A stretch of DNA of 64,000 bases from an uncultured Candidatus Saccharibacteria bacterium (GTDB lineage: Bacteria; Patescibacteriota; Minisyncoccia; Phycocordibacterales; JAACPR01): NCBI GenBank assembly GCA_964538855.1, contig CAZIEY010000001.1:163059-227058 (forward strand), written 5' to 3'. Positions within the stretch are counted from its first letter, which is position 1. Each line of letters begins with the position of its first letter. Shown here one piece after another: positions 19,378-28,451 of this stretch. The translations under genes were made by a program, and so were the position numbers. Below the pieces are notes generated by a model that did not search any database, had not been told where the DNA came from, and saw only the letters and a program-made list of their open reading frames with translations.

Positions 19378-19590
19378 ATGAAAAAGGCTTTTAAAATAAT
19401 ACTCTCGGTGTTGATTATATTTTTACTTTTGTCTGCATTACTAGCTTATCTAGTCTTTAGTGGACATATAGAATGTAATTTCCTAATTACAAACGGGCCT
19501 AGAGTAGAAGATTCGTTTATGTGTCCAATCATCGGTTTTTTGGGGTACATTTGGTATTTCATTTCGCTACCTTTTTCTCCATTCTTTTAG
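19378..19590 (+). CDS. small 2-TM membrane protein
   Basis: 70 aa, two hydrophobic segments, one Cys pair; TATAAT 6 nt upstream. Confidence 0.7.
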   Translation: MKKAFKIILSVLIIFLLLSALLAYLVFSGHIECNFLITNGPRVEDSFMCPIIGFLGYIWYFISLPFSPFF

Positions 19591-19663
19591 AATAAGCCTC
19601 TACATCACAAACAAGTCCTGGCCCCATACATTTACCACCTTAAAATAATGGTACAATTATTAG

Positions 19664-20109
19664 ATGAGTAATTATAGAATACATCATTATTTACTAGTAA
19701 TAGTAATCACAATATTAACGATCATCGGTGCCTGGTATTATTTTACTAAAAAAATGTAAGCTGCGCTCGAGACAGCCAAGGTATCAAATCATATATTCTT
19801 AAATCAGAATTGACTGCTTACGAAAATGTAATAAAAAATATCGACGGTAGTCAACATTTTGAAGACTGGAACATATTCCAAAAAATCAAAGATAGCGCGT
19901 CAATTTACGCACAGGACGTAAATAATTGTTACAGTGAACATACTTATCAGATAAAAAAAGGAAATATACTGGTTGAAGTAACCCAAGAGGAATTTCAAGA
20001 TTATTTAATGAGTAGCGCATTTAATAGCAATTTTTGTGAAAGTGCAGTTCAACTTACTAAGTCTGGCCCTAGCCCAGTCTTTATTAAAAATAATTTCTGT
20101 ACAAGATAA
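19664..20109 (+). pseudogene. membrane-anchored Cys-containing protein split by a frameshift in an A7 tract
   Basis: MSNYR...WYYFTKKM* stops at 19759; one extra A at 19748-19754 joins it to the 19810-20109 ORF. Confidence 0.7.
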
Positions 20110-20137
20110 TACCTTTCTAGTTGGTTCCAAATATTTC

Positions 20138-20313
20138 TGTGGAGATAAGAAGAGGTGCGCGGAGCGTACCGACGGGAATCGAAAGGCGCGGGCGGGGACC
20201 ACTCTGGTCGAGAGTATCGAGACCTGGGGCGCCGAGCCGGGGTCGCGAACACTTAGATTTTTATGAGCGAACGATAGAGAGCGAAATAAAAAGCTTAGTG
20301 ATTCGTGACCGAT
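20138..20313. repeat. structured tmRNA-3'-end-derived repeat, copy B
   Basis: tgtggagataaga...gacgggaatcgaaag...cggggtcgcgaacacttagatttttatgagcgaa...gcgaaataaaaagcttagtgatt. Confidence 0.85.
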
Positions 20314-20362
20314 GATTAAAAATCTCTCCTATTTGATTTATACACACGCAAAAACACGCCTC

Positions 20363-20782
20363 TTATTTCACCGGAAATAAATGTTTAACAACTACAAGCA
20401 ACATTGTTGTTATCTGCAAAATAGTTGCAGTAATTAAAGTTCTAAAGTTCCAACTGTCCAAAGAAAAACCCAAATTCTTAAAGCCTTGATAAAAGGTAAT
20501 TGCAAACACTAACCCGGTTTCAACTGCTAAAAATAAAAACAATCTATCTAAAGTATTTCGCTTTAGAGCAATATTTTGTCTTAAATCTTCATTCTCAATT
20601 TCTTTCTTCTCCCGCTCATAGTCTCGTAGTTTATCTGGCACAGACTTACCTGAGCGAGAAAACGAGGATAAATATTTCTTGAAAAATTTGTTATCCGATA
20701 AATCTGAGTTTGATGATGTGATAAAACTCTTAAATAGCGCAATCTGCTCTTCCTGATTATTCTGAGACTTTGTATTTCCCAT
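20363..20782 (-). CDS. hypothetical protein with two C-terminal TM helices
   Basis: 139 aa, low GC, 4 bp downstream of the ImmA/IrrE gene. Confidence 0.75.
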   Translation of the reverse strand: MGNTKSQNNQEEQIALFKSFITSSNSDLSDNKFFKKYLSSFSRSGKSVPDKLRDYEREKKEIENEDLRQNIALKRNTLDRLFLFLAVETGLVFAITFYQGFKNLGFSLDSWNFRTLITATILQITTMLLVVVKHLFPVK

Positions 20783-20786
20783 AGAT

Positions 20787-21332
20787 TTAACTTTCCAAGA
20801 GTTTTAACCTTTCTAGTCTTATAGACATCGCCAATGGAGAGACATCGAAAATCTCTGCGGTCTCTTCGATGTCCTTCACCTTACCCCACACCTCTCTCAC
20901 TAAATTTTCAGGCATAATTAGCTCGGCAGCAAAATTATTAGCCTCCTTCTCAATCTGACTGCTCTCTTGATCACTTAAACGAAACAACATTTTTGTACTA
21001 TCTAACGAATCCCCTCTGTCAATAATAGCGGATTCTATTTTTAATTTGTCTTGATGTAAAAAATAATGCCCTAATTCGTGAGCTAACGTAAAATGCTGTC
21101 GTGTTTTAGAATCATTTTTATTGATGATAATTGTAAATCTTTGTGCATCCTTCTCAAAAAAGATTACTCCTGATACATTGGACATATCATCAGTAAAATC
21201 GACATATGCAAATTTTAAATCTTGAATTTCACTTTCGATATTTTCATACGGAAAAGGAGACAGGTTTTTTGGATTGTATTTCTGTCTCACTTCTATAGCT
21301 TTAGATATAGCGCGTTCAATTTTTTGATCCAT
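20787..21332 (-). CDS. ImmA/IrrE-family metallo-endopeptidase (DUF955)
   Basis: RQHFTLAHELGH and EKEANNFAAELIMP motifs. Confidence 0.92.
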   Translation of the reverse strand: MDQKIERAISKAIEVRQKYNPKNLSPFPYENIESEIQDLKFAYVDFTDDMSNVSGVIFFEKDAQRFTIIINKNDSKTRQHFTLAHELGHYFLHQDKLKIESAIIDRGDSLDSTKMLFRLSDQESSQIEKEANNFAAELIMPENLVREVWGKVKDIEETAEIFDVSPLAMSIRLERLKLLES

Positions 21333-21416
21333 AGTGACAGTATTATATACGATAGGTTGCACACTCACAATAATGCCCGCACAGAGTAACGAAAAATCGT
21401 AATATCTACTCTGAAC

Positions 21417-22214
21417 TTACTCAAGACTGGCTACCCCATCTGTACAAACAAACTTTCCCTCGTCTTTACTAAGCAAAAATGTACTATATATCAAATCTCC
21501 ACATGTTTGATAGTATCTCTTATCGTTAGATACTGTCTTGAATTCATAGTTATCTTTGTTTTTATGTTTTAAATACGAATTACAAACCTTCTGGTCTGCT
21601 TTTTGTAAAAATTTGGAATCACAGTCATTATCTTCAGCATAAATAAGTGCAATTTCGCTAATGCTTATACTTTTTACTTTCTTTTCTGGAATTTTATAAT
21701 CCACAAACATTAAATCCACCAAATCAGAGAGCATCTCTCTACATTTATCACTAGGCGCTTCTCCGCGACACTCTTGATCGTATTTTTTATCTAATTTTAT
21801 ATATTTAGGATTTTTAGAATAATTCAAACCACCTGTATATGTTGAAGGATAAGAAGATGTGTAACTTGGTACATACGTAGGTGTGTAGCTAGGTGTATAT
21901 GTTGGAGTGTAACTTGGAACAGAATACGAATTACTTTCATACAAAGACTTCCCTGTGTAGTAACTTGGATCTGTAATATAAGTTGGAGTATCCCAAGTCG
22001 AGCCTCGAGTACCATACGAACTATTGTATAAACCCTGGCTCGGCTTGTATCCATAATTATCGTACTTCAAACCGTTTGGATTGCTTCTAACATGAGGAGC
22101 AACGTAAGTTCCATTTGATCGATAATACCCTTTAACACTTACATAAGCATCGACATTAAATAACGGTGTAAATGACAATAACAATAAAAATAGACCGATT
22201 AGTAGTTTTTTCAT
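21417..22214 (-). CDS. secreted protein with VKGYYRSNGTYVAPHVR motif and YTPS/T repeats
   Basis: Signal peptide MKKLLIG...VDA, tandem YTPT/YTPS linker, Cys-paired C-terminal domain. Confidence 0.8.
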   Translation of the reverse strand: MKKLLIGLFLLLLSFTPLFNVDAYVSVKGYYRSNGTYVAPHVRSNPNGLKYDNYGYKPSQGLYNSSYGTRGSTWDTPTYITDPSYYTGKSLYESNSYSVPSYTPTYTPSYTPTYVPSYTSSYPSTYTGGLNYSKNPKYIKLDKKYDQECRGEAPSDKCREMLSDLVDLMFVDYKIPEKKVKSISISEIALIYAEDNDCDSKFLQKADQKVCNSYLKHKNKDNYEFKTVSNDKRYYQTCGDLIYSTFLLSKDEGKFVCTDGVASLE

Positions 22215-22487
22215 ATAACCCCATCCTACCCCCTTCCAAAAATAAAACAAGCACTCCCTACTCACACCCCACCCCATCACCATCCCTATCCACATCAAAC
22301 ACATCCGCACCAATCACTCGTACCACTCCCGTATAATGAGGTCCGTTACCAGAGCCGCCAGCGCAGTCATATGTCACGTGGTGCCAAGCTATTGAAGGAT
22401 TACGCACCACTTGACATTACTAATATATAAATGTATATTATCAAACGACCCCAACCCGTTCTTTACCCACCACATCAGGAGACAGCA

Positions 22488-22763
22488 ATGAAAAACCCCT
22501 CGGAATATTCTGGTCCGTTCATCATCGAAATCTGGAACGAAGCTAAGACGGAACACGTGCCGTCTTCCGCAAGGATTATTGATGGAAATCAGATCAGTGT
22601 CACATCCGGGCGTTTCCACAACTCCTTGGGTGGCATCCAATTCTATTCGGACGGGCAACCCTTCAGCTTTCATGCCTTATATATTCGCAGGATCACCAAT
22701 CCCAGCGGGCAAATTATCTGGAGGAACTGGCATAACAAGGATGAGCCGGTACCCGCCAAATAA
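22488..22763 (+). CDS. hypothetical protein (SD-led ORFan)
   Basis: TTGACA-17-TATATT at 22411, CAGGAGA SD, terminator 22775-22818. Confidence 0.7.
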   Translation: MKNPSEYSGPFIIEIWNEAKTEHVPSSARIIDGNQISVTSGRFHNSLGGIQFYSDGQPFSFHALYIRRITNPSGQIIWRNWHNKDEPVPAK

Positions 22764-22774
22764 CCTCCGCCCAC

Positions 22775-22818
22775 CCCGCTAGTGAACCCCCGTTAGTTCA
22801 CTAGCGGGGTTTCTTTTT
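22775..22818 (+). terminator. intrinsic terminator
   Basis: ccccgctagtgaac...gttcactagcgggg followed by a T-tract. Confidence 0.85.
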
Positions 22819-22845
22819 ATCCTGCCACCTACCTCACACACAATC

Positions 22846-22873
22846 TTGACTGCGACCCTCACATTGCTATAAT
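22846..22873 (+). promoter_or_regulatory. sigma70-type promoter facing the 3' end of the NYN gene
   Basis: TTGACT-16-TATAAT with extended -10 TG. Confidence 0.7.
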
Positions 22874-22879
22874 ACATTT

Positions 22880-22938
22880 CGTATCCACTCGAAACGTACT
22901 GCATAAGATTCCGTCCTTATGTGGTGCGTTTCATTTTA
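22880..22938 (+). ncRNA. candidate small RNA convergent on and overlapping the NYN stop codon
   Basis: Promoter immediately upstream; hairpin gaaacgtactgcataag...cttatgtggtgcgtttc followed by attt; no ORF. Confidence 0.5.
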
Positions 22939-23426
22939 TAAGCAAGCTTTTTCTTAAGATCATTCAAAGATTGCAATCTATCATGTGCAGCGAGGCATAA
23001 AATCTTGGCGCAAAAGTTTTTATTAGGACTTACTACCGCCTCAAACTTAGAAACCGAATATAAATACTGGACCAAAGAATAAAAATCACCGTCGTTACTT
23101 ACAATCACCGCGTTTTCATAATCATCGAACTCAAGCATTGCAGTCAAAACCAGATCTGCATCGACATTCCCCTTGCGATGACCTCGTGCATCAAACGTAG
23201 TGGGTTTAAATTTCAAAATAAAACCAGCGTGCTGTAACGTATCATACAAAGACTGATTATTAGGTACAAAACCAATGAATAAGTAAGCTCGTTCAACACC
23301 ATATTTTTCTCTTAAGTACACCCGAAACTTTGCGTAATCCAATTTCCAACCAAGGGACTGAATACCTAAATGTAAGTTCTGACTGTCGATAAAAGCATAA
23401 TTGCGGCGATTAGAAATCACACGCAC
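22917..23426 (-). CDS. NYN-domain (LabA/DUF88, PIN-like) ribonuclease
   Basis: AFIDSQNL, KGNVDADL and IVSNDGDF acidic motifs. Confidence 0.92.
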   Translation of the reverse strand: MRVISNRRNYAFIDSQNLHLGIQSLGWKLDYAKFRVYLREKYGVERAYLFIGFVPNNQSLYDTLQHAGFILKFKPTTFDARGHRKGNVDADLVLTAMLEFDDYENAVIVSNDGDFYSLVQYLYSVSKFEAVVSPNKNFCAKILCLAAHDRLQSLNDLKKKLAYKMKRTT

Positions 23427-23606
23427 ATTATACTGACGGGGGTTAAAATATTTTTAAAGAAAGATTAAAGAAATTGTGAGGTTTTTTCTTGTCTTCACTT
23501 GGATAATTACATATAAATAACTTGTGGCATACAATAATCATGATACCCAAAAAAAAATAACAACGAACCAATTATCCATTCTGGAAATATGGAGGAAGAT
23601 TAAAAG

Positions 23607-23694
23607 AAAAAACACCAACCGAAGTTGATGTGTTTTCGTGTGCCTGGTTACAGTTTTAAAGTGACCGTGAGAGGGTAAATACCCACCAAACACA
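23607..23694 (-). ncRNA. candidate three-way-junction small RNA with terminator upstream of NYN
   Basis: TTGATT-16-TATACT promoter; GTGTTTGGT/ACCAGGCAC closing stem, GGGTA/TACCC and ACGGT/ACTGT hairpins, then a CTTCGG-capped hairpin and T-tract. Confidence 0.55.
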
Positions 23695-23793
23695 TTTATA
23701 GTATAGCGCGATTTTCATAAAAATCAAGTCCGCGTTTTAACCAATTCCCCCTCCATATTTGCACCACCACCCACCACACGATACTATTACATC

Positions 23794-24282
23794 ATGAACA
23801 TCCAACCACTACGCCCTTGGGAAAAATTATTAGACATTATTCTCATACCAATCATGCGACTCGTTTCCGGTGCACCCGCAGAGGAACCTCAAAGAAGTCA
23901 TGTGTGGAATGTAAAAACTCTCACTCCGCGAGATGTTGAGAACTTAGACAAAAGCCTAATGGTCACAAACAGTGGAATGTCGCGCGGCGTGCAAAGAAGC
24001 AAAATCATACCGAGACATCACATTCCAATTTTTGGCGGATGGAAAAACTATATCGTCATCTCACCCAAAAATCCTGAGGCAGGATGGTTCATTGGCTGGA
24101 ACACACATAAAGTTACCGAACATTCTCGAATCGAATTGAGAACTCCTGTGCGAATGTTAGTTGCTCCCGAACAAGTGCAATTTTTTGCCTTTTCTATATC
24201 CGGAGAGCAAATTCGAATCGAACAAATCGGAGAAGGCGTTGTCGGTGATAAAAGTCAGTATTCGAAATTGCCGTTGTTGTAG
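23794..24282 (+). CDS. hypothetical protein
   Basis: 162 aa ORF, TACTAT just upstream of the ATG. Confidence 0.7.
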   Translation: MNIQPLRPWEKLLDIILIPIMRLVSGAPAEEPQRSHVWNVKTLTPRDVENLDKSLMVTNSGMSRGVQRSKIIPRHHIPIFGGWKNYIVISPKNPEAGWFIGWNTHKVTEHSRIELRTPVRMLVAPEQVQFFAFSISGEQIRIEQIGEGVVGDKSQYSKLPLL

Positions 24283-24352
24283 TTACGAACCCGCCCCTAC
24301 CCACATCAAAATTCCATAAAAACCAACCCAAAAATGATAAACTGAAGTAGTT

Positions 24353-24778
24353 ATGGAACCAAACGAAAACAGACCTAAAATCGGTGTAGGAGTAATGATC
24401 TTCAAGGATAATAAAATCCTTTTAGGAAAAAGAAAAGGTTCTCATGGTGCTGGTGAATATACTTGGCCAGGAGGACACATGGAATACATGGAAAGTTTCG
24501 AACAAACAATTCGAAGAGAAACTAAAGAAGAAACAGGACTTGAAATTGAAAACGTAAAATTCTTGCGCCTGCTCAATTTAAAAGCTTACGCCCCAAAACA
24601 TTATGTCGATATTCTGATGACAGCAGATTGGAAAAGTGGTGAGCCAAAAGTATTGGAACCAAACACATGCGAGGGATGGGATTGGTATAATATTAATAAT
24701 CTACCAGAGCCATTATTCAAAGCAGTATATTCTGGTGTTGAAGCACACAAAACAGGTAAGATATTTTTTGACAATTAA
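24353..24778 (+). CDS. NUDIX hydrolase (MutT/NUDT15-like)
   Basis: PGGHME.MESFEQTIRRETKEETGL Nudix box. Confidence 0.93.
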   Translation: MEPNENRPKIGVGVMIFKDNKILLGKRKGSHGAGEYTWPGGHMEYMESFEQTIRRETKEETGLEIENVKFLRLLNLKAYAPKHYVDILMTADWKSGEPKVLEPNTCEGWDWYNINNLPEPLFKAVYSGVEAHKTGKIFFDN

Positions 24779-24922
24779 ATCTAGTCTGACGAGTAACCTT
24801 ATAATAATGACTACGCTTTTATGAACAAGTATGATATATATAATCTGGATCAGTTTCGAAGAACAGTTTCTTCGAGTCCACAAATGGCCGTAGTGAGCCA
24901 CTACCAAACGGAGTAAATCACG

Positions 24923-25273
24923 ATGAAAAGTCTGAGCATCAACCACTCGAAAGACCTGCTTCTGCGGTTGAGTTTAGATGGCGCCAGTGTCGGGGCGAAA
25001 AAAATGCACACGTTCATCTCCGCATTGTGGTTTGGACTAATGATAGATACAAATGCAAAAACGAGCATCCCCGATATTGATACGATCTTGCGCAAGGAGC
25101 TCTTTAACCTCAGAGGCCGCCATCGTGTAACGATCGGACTCTCTATTCACGTCCAAAATCCGGGACATGATGGATGGATTAGAGTAAATCTCTGTGGCTA
25201 TGTAAAAAACTCTGGAGGTCCTGTCTATCGCAACAATGTTCTATTCAAAATCGACACTGGAGAAATAAAATAA
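24923..25273 (+). CDS. hypothetical protein (SD-led ORFan)
   Basis: CGGAG SD; terminator aaacccatc...ggtgggtttttt at about 25305-25340. Confidence 0.6.
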   Translation: MKSLSINHSKDLLLRLSLDGASVGAKKMHTFISALWFGLMIDTNAKTSIPDIDTILRKELFNLRGRHRVTIGLSIHVQNPGHDGWIRVNLCGYVKNSGGPVYRNNVLFKIDTGEIK

Positions 25274-25341
25274 GAATCTAAGCCCACCAACCGCAACACG
25301 GAAGAAACCCATCCGTCGCGAGATAGGTGGGTTTTTTCTTT

Positions 25342-27132
25342 TTAACGAAACTCCACTTCCTCCCCCTTATGACTCAACACGAATTCCTCCCACGATTTTT
25401 TGAATTCGGCGTCGCGTGCGAGCAGCTCATTAAACGAACCTTGATTGCGAATCGCGCCCTTGTCCAAAATCACAATGCGATCAAAATATTTGAGCAAGTT
25501 CATTTTATGAATTGATGCAATAATTGTGGCATCGCGAAAATTCTCGAAAATGTGTTTGTAAATTTTCACTTCGTTAACAGGATCAACTGAGCTGGTCGAT
25601 TCGTCGAGCAACATGATTTTCTTGTCCTTCGAGAACAACAACGCACGCGTTAACGCGAGACGTTGTTTCTGCCCTCCTGATAAATTCACACCTTTTTCAT
25701 TCACCACCGATTCGATTTTACGTGGTAATTGCTCAATCACATCAGTAAACATCGCAGCATCAGATGCACGGCGAATTTCCTCGTCGGTGAAGTCGAGCAA
25801 AAGTGTGATGTTTTCGCGAATACTTGCAGAAAAAACTTCGGGTTCCTGTGGCACCAATGTTGATTCCAAATCGAGGTCCGCAAAATTTGTTGTGATTGGT
25901 GTCGCACCGTCGATTGAAACCTTGGCAGAAGCCATTTCATACATACCGTGCAATATCTTCAACAATGTCGATTTACCAGAACCACTTTCCCCGATGAAGG
26001 CGATTTTTTCGCCGCGCTGTAATGCGAAATTAAAATCAACAAATTCTTTACGCACGCCAGTCGTGTCATAGGCAAAATTCAAATTAGAGATTGAAAGCGT
26101 ATTCCAATTTTCAATATGTCGCTTGTATGCACGTATATTTTTATCAAATGCAGCTTCGATAGGTTCAACGTTTTGCAGACGTGCTTTGTCCATGATCAAA
26201 TCGGCATACATATGCGTAAACGTATAATACACACCTATCAAGTTAGATAAATACAAATAAAGTGTGCTCAATGTACCAATCAATACAGTCCCTGTCGTGT
26301 GATATTGATTCCATACATAATATGCGAGAGGTACCGAGACAATACACGCAAATAATATTCCGCCAAGTGCCCATTTGGCCTCGATCCACTGATATTTGAT
26401 TTTAAAATTACCGAATGAAGCCCAGCTCGATTTCATGATGCTCTGTAAAATAGAAGATTCGATACCCAATACTTTCACTGTGGTGACATTTGAAAGACCA
26501 TCAAACACCTTCGCTGAAGCCTTATTTTCTAGTTCATTAATAATTTTATACTGCGGAATAATCTTCTTATCAAAACAAAAAATAATGAAAAGTGATAACG
26601 CCAACAATACTATCGCAATAGCGCCCACCGTCACATCAAAATACATGAGTGCGATTGTCGTACCGATTGCACGCACCCACACATACAAAAATGTAGATAC
26701 GTTACCTGCTGCTTGCGACAATGCTTCTGTTGATTTATTTACTTTGTCGATAGTATCTCCCGAATCGTGATCAGTGTGCCATGAAAGTGGTAAAGATAAT
26801 ACACCTTGGTATAAAAACTTTTTATAATTTCTATCGATACGAAATTGATTGTACATTTCAAGCAACGCACCAGGTGCACCAACGGCGCGCGCAATCAATT
26901 CAACAAAAACAGAACTTGCAATCAACAGGAAAATGAATGGCATGTTTTGCAAACCATTCACTTGGATTTCATTAATGAGCATTCCAAACGTCACAGGTGT
27001 AACTAACCACATTGCCTGGTTAATCAAAATAAGCACCGCAGACGCAATGAATTGAGGTTTAAACGCGCCAATAAAGCGCCAGATTTTACGTAGCAAAAAT
27101 ATCGTTGGCTCCTTTTTGAGAATAGAAAACAT
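25342..27132 (-). CDS. ABC exporter, fused TMD + ATPase
   Basis: 6 TM, GESGSGKS, LSGGQKQR, LLDE. Confidence 0.95.
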   Translation of the reverse strand: MFSILKKEPTIFLLRKIWRFIGAFKPQFIASAVLILINQAMWLVTPVTFGMLINEIQVNGLQNMPFIFLLIASSVFVELIARAVGAPGALLEMYNQFRIDRNYKKFLYQGVLSLPLSWHTDHDSGDTIDKVNKSTEALSQAAGNVSTFLYVWVRAIGTTIALMYFDVTVGAIAIVLLALSLFIIFCFDKKIIPQYKIINELENKASAKVFDGLSNVTTVKVLGIESSILQSIMKSSWASFGNFKIKYQWIEAKWALGGILFACIVSVPLAYYVWNQYHTTGTVLIGTLSTLYLYLSNLIGVYYTFTHMYADLIMDKARLQNVEPIEAAFDKNIRAYKRHIENWNTLSISNLNFAYDTTGVRKEFVDFNFALQRGEKIAFIGESGSGKSTLLKILHGMYEMASAKVSIDGATPITTNFADLDLESTLVPQEPEVFSASIRENITLLLDFTDEEIRRASDAAMFTDVIEQLPRKIESVVNEKGVNLSGGQKQRLALTRALLFSKDKKIMLLDESTSSVDPVNEVKIYKHIFENFRDATIIASIHKMNLLKYFDRIVILDKGAIRNQGSFNELLARDAEFKKSWEEFVLSHKGEEVEFR

Positions 27133-27163
27133 TATGTAATCCTATCATAAGACCTCACAAAAA

Positions 27164-27772
27164 TCAGGCGCGGGGACGACGCAACCACGCATACCAGACA
27201 GCAACCACTGCTCCGAGCGTATTAAAAACTAAATCAAGCGACGTGTTCACATACCCACCTACCCCATTTCCTGGGAATAATAATGTCGCAATAAATTCGA
27301 CAATCTCGTTAATAACACCAAGTCCCATACCCGCAAGCACTGCAATGATGTACACACCGACCTTATTTCTATCTGGCTGATAGCGACGTAAAAAGTGCAG
27401 CATAGTACGCGCCGCGAGACCAAAACCAAATGCATGCACAACCTGATCATACTTCAACAAAATCATCTCACCACCACCGTTATAAAGCGGGATTAATTGC
27501 ACACCATACAAAACTGTTCCACCGACTTTGACACTTCCCCCTGCAAGATGGAGCAATGCCCACACCGATAATCCCCACACGACACCGCGCGACAATTGCG
27601 ACTTTGGCAAAGTTCCGATCACAAGTACAATCAGTAAAATCACCACCGCGATATACCAAATAAATTCACCGTTGTCCTGCAACAAAAAATACGCAGTGAA
27701 AGGAACGAGATACGCGAGCGTAAACACGACAAGCCATTTGTAATCCCTGAGTGATTGGACAAAACTTTTCAT
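27164..27772 (-). CDS. membrane protein, DUF2238/YjdF-like
   Basis: LHLAGG, YDQVVHAFG, NEIVEF and DLVFN motifs. Confidence 0.75.
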   Translation of the reverse strand: MKSFVQSLRDYKWLVVFTLAYLVPFTAYFLLQDNGEFIWYIAVVILLIVLVIGTLPKSQLSRGVVWGLSVWALLHLAGGSVKVGGTVLYGVQLIPLYNGGGEMILLKYDQVVHAFGFGLAARTMLHFLRRYQPDRNKVGVYIIAVLAGMGLGVINEIVEFIATLLFPGNGVGGYVNTSLDLVFNTLGAVVAVWYAWLRRPRA

Positions 27773-27781
27773 GAGCACATC

Positions 27782-28045
27782 TTAGCACAAATACCCCTCT
27801 TGTTTCAAAATCTTTTTCTTTTCCTCTGCCCCGCGATTGTACTGACCGAGCTTCCCATCCGACCGAATCACACGATGACATGGCACGTCGGGGCGATAAT
27901 TTTTCGATAAAATCGTTCCGACGGCACGAACCGCACGCGGTGAACCAACACAACGTGCCACTTCTGCGTACGTGAATACCGAGCCACGCGGGATTTGTGC
28001 GACCACTGCAAGGACCTTTTCAGTAAATTGGTTTTTGTTATTCAT
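27782..28045 (-). CDS. MGMT-family (O6-methylguanine methyltransferase DNA-binding domain) protein
   Basis: IPRG..TY..VA, RAVG and PCHRVI motifs. Confidence 0.92.
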   Translation of the reverse strand: MNNKNQFTEKVLAVVAQIPRGSVFTYAEVARCVGSPRAVRAVGTILSKNYRPDVPCHRVIRSDGKLGQYNRGAEEKKKILKQEGYLC

Positions 28046-28130
28046 ATTGACTTTTATTCACAATACAATAATATTGTGCAGGCTCTTGTTCATTTCGTCA
28101 AATCACACCCCTAACTCAAGGAGAAGTGCC

Positions 28131-28403
28131 GTGCCAAAACCAAAGCAGAAATTAGCACAACTGCAACTGAAAGTAGTGCGTCCGATTAACGCCACAAACA
28201 TTCAAACGAACACGCATGTGTCGCTACGCCCTGGAACATACATCGTTGAGTATATTGAACGCGCATGGGAGCCAGGAAGCATACGAACATGGATTGTTGA
28301 TACCAAAACTCAAATTGGAGTTCTTCTGGAACAGCTCAAACACGAACGCAATGCGACGCTATATGAAAATGGAGTAAGCATCAAGAAAAAGAAGAAGTCA
28401 TAA
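28131..28403 (+). CDS. hypothetical basic protein (SD-led ORFan)
   Basis: TTGACT...TAATAT promoter, AAGGAGA SD, hairpin 28422-28451. Confidence 0.6.
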   Translation: MPKPKQKLAQLQLKVVRPINATNIQTNTHVSLRPGTYIVEYIERAWEPGSIRTWIVDTKTQIGVLLEQLKHERNATLYENGVSIKKKKKS

Positions 28404-28451
28404 TTTCAACCACTACTATCCACACGCACCCAATGTTGTTGGGTGCGTGTC

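Noticed and set aside
18371-20313. Repeats A/B/C as a CRISPR array or classical prophage att sites
   Set aside because: The repeats are 145-175 bp with gene-sized intervals, mostly inverted relative to the tmRNA, and there are no cas, integrase or phage genes in the window.
21850-21930. Short tandem repeats (12 bp period) as a possible CRISPR or VNTR
   Set aside because: They encode the YTPT/YTPS linker of a secreted protein, with no spacers and no cas genes.
23463-23579. Possible small TM ORF upstream of NYN, broken at a T9 tract
   Set aside because: It stops after 13 codons as sequenced. A 38 aa product needs an extra T and there is no other support.
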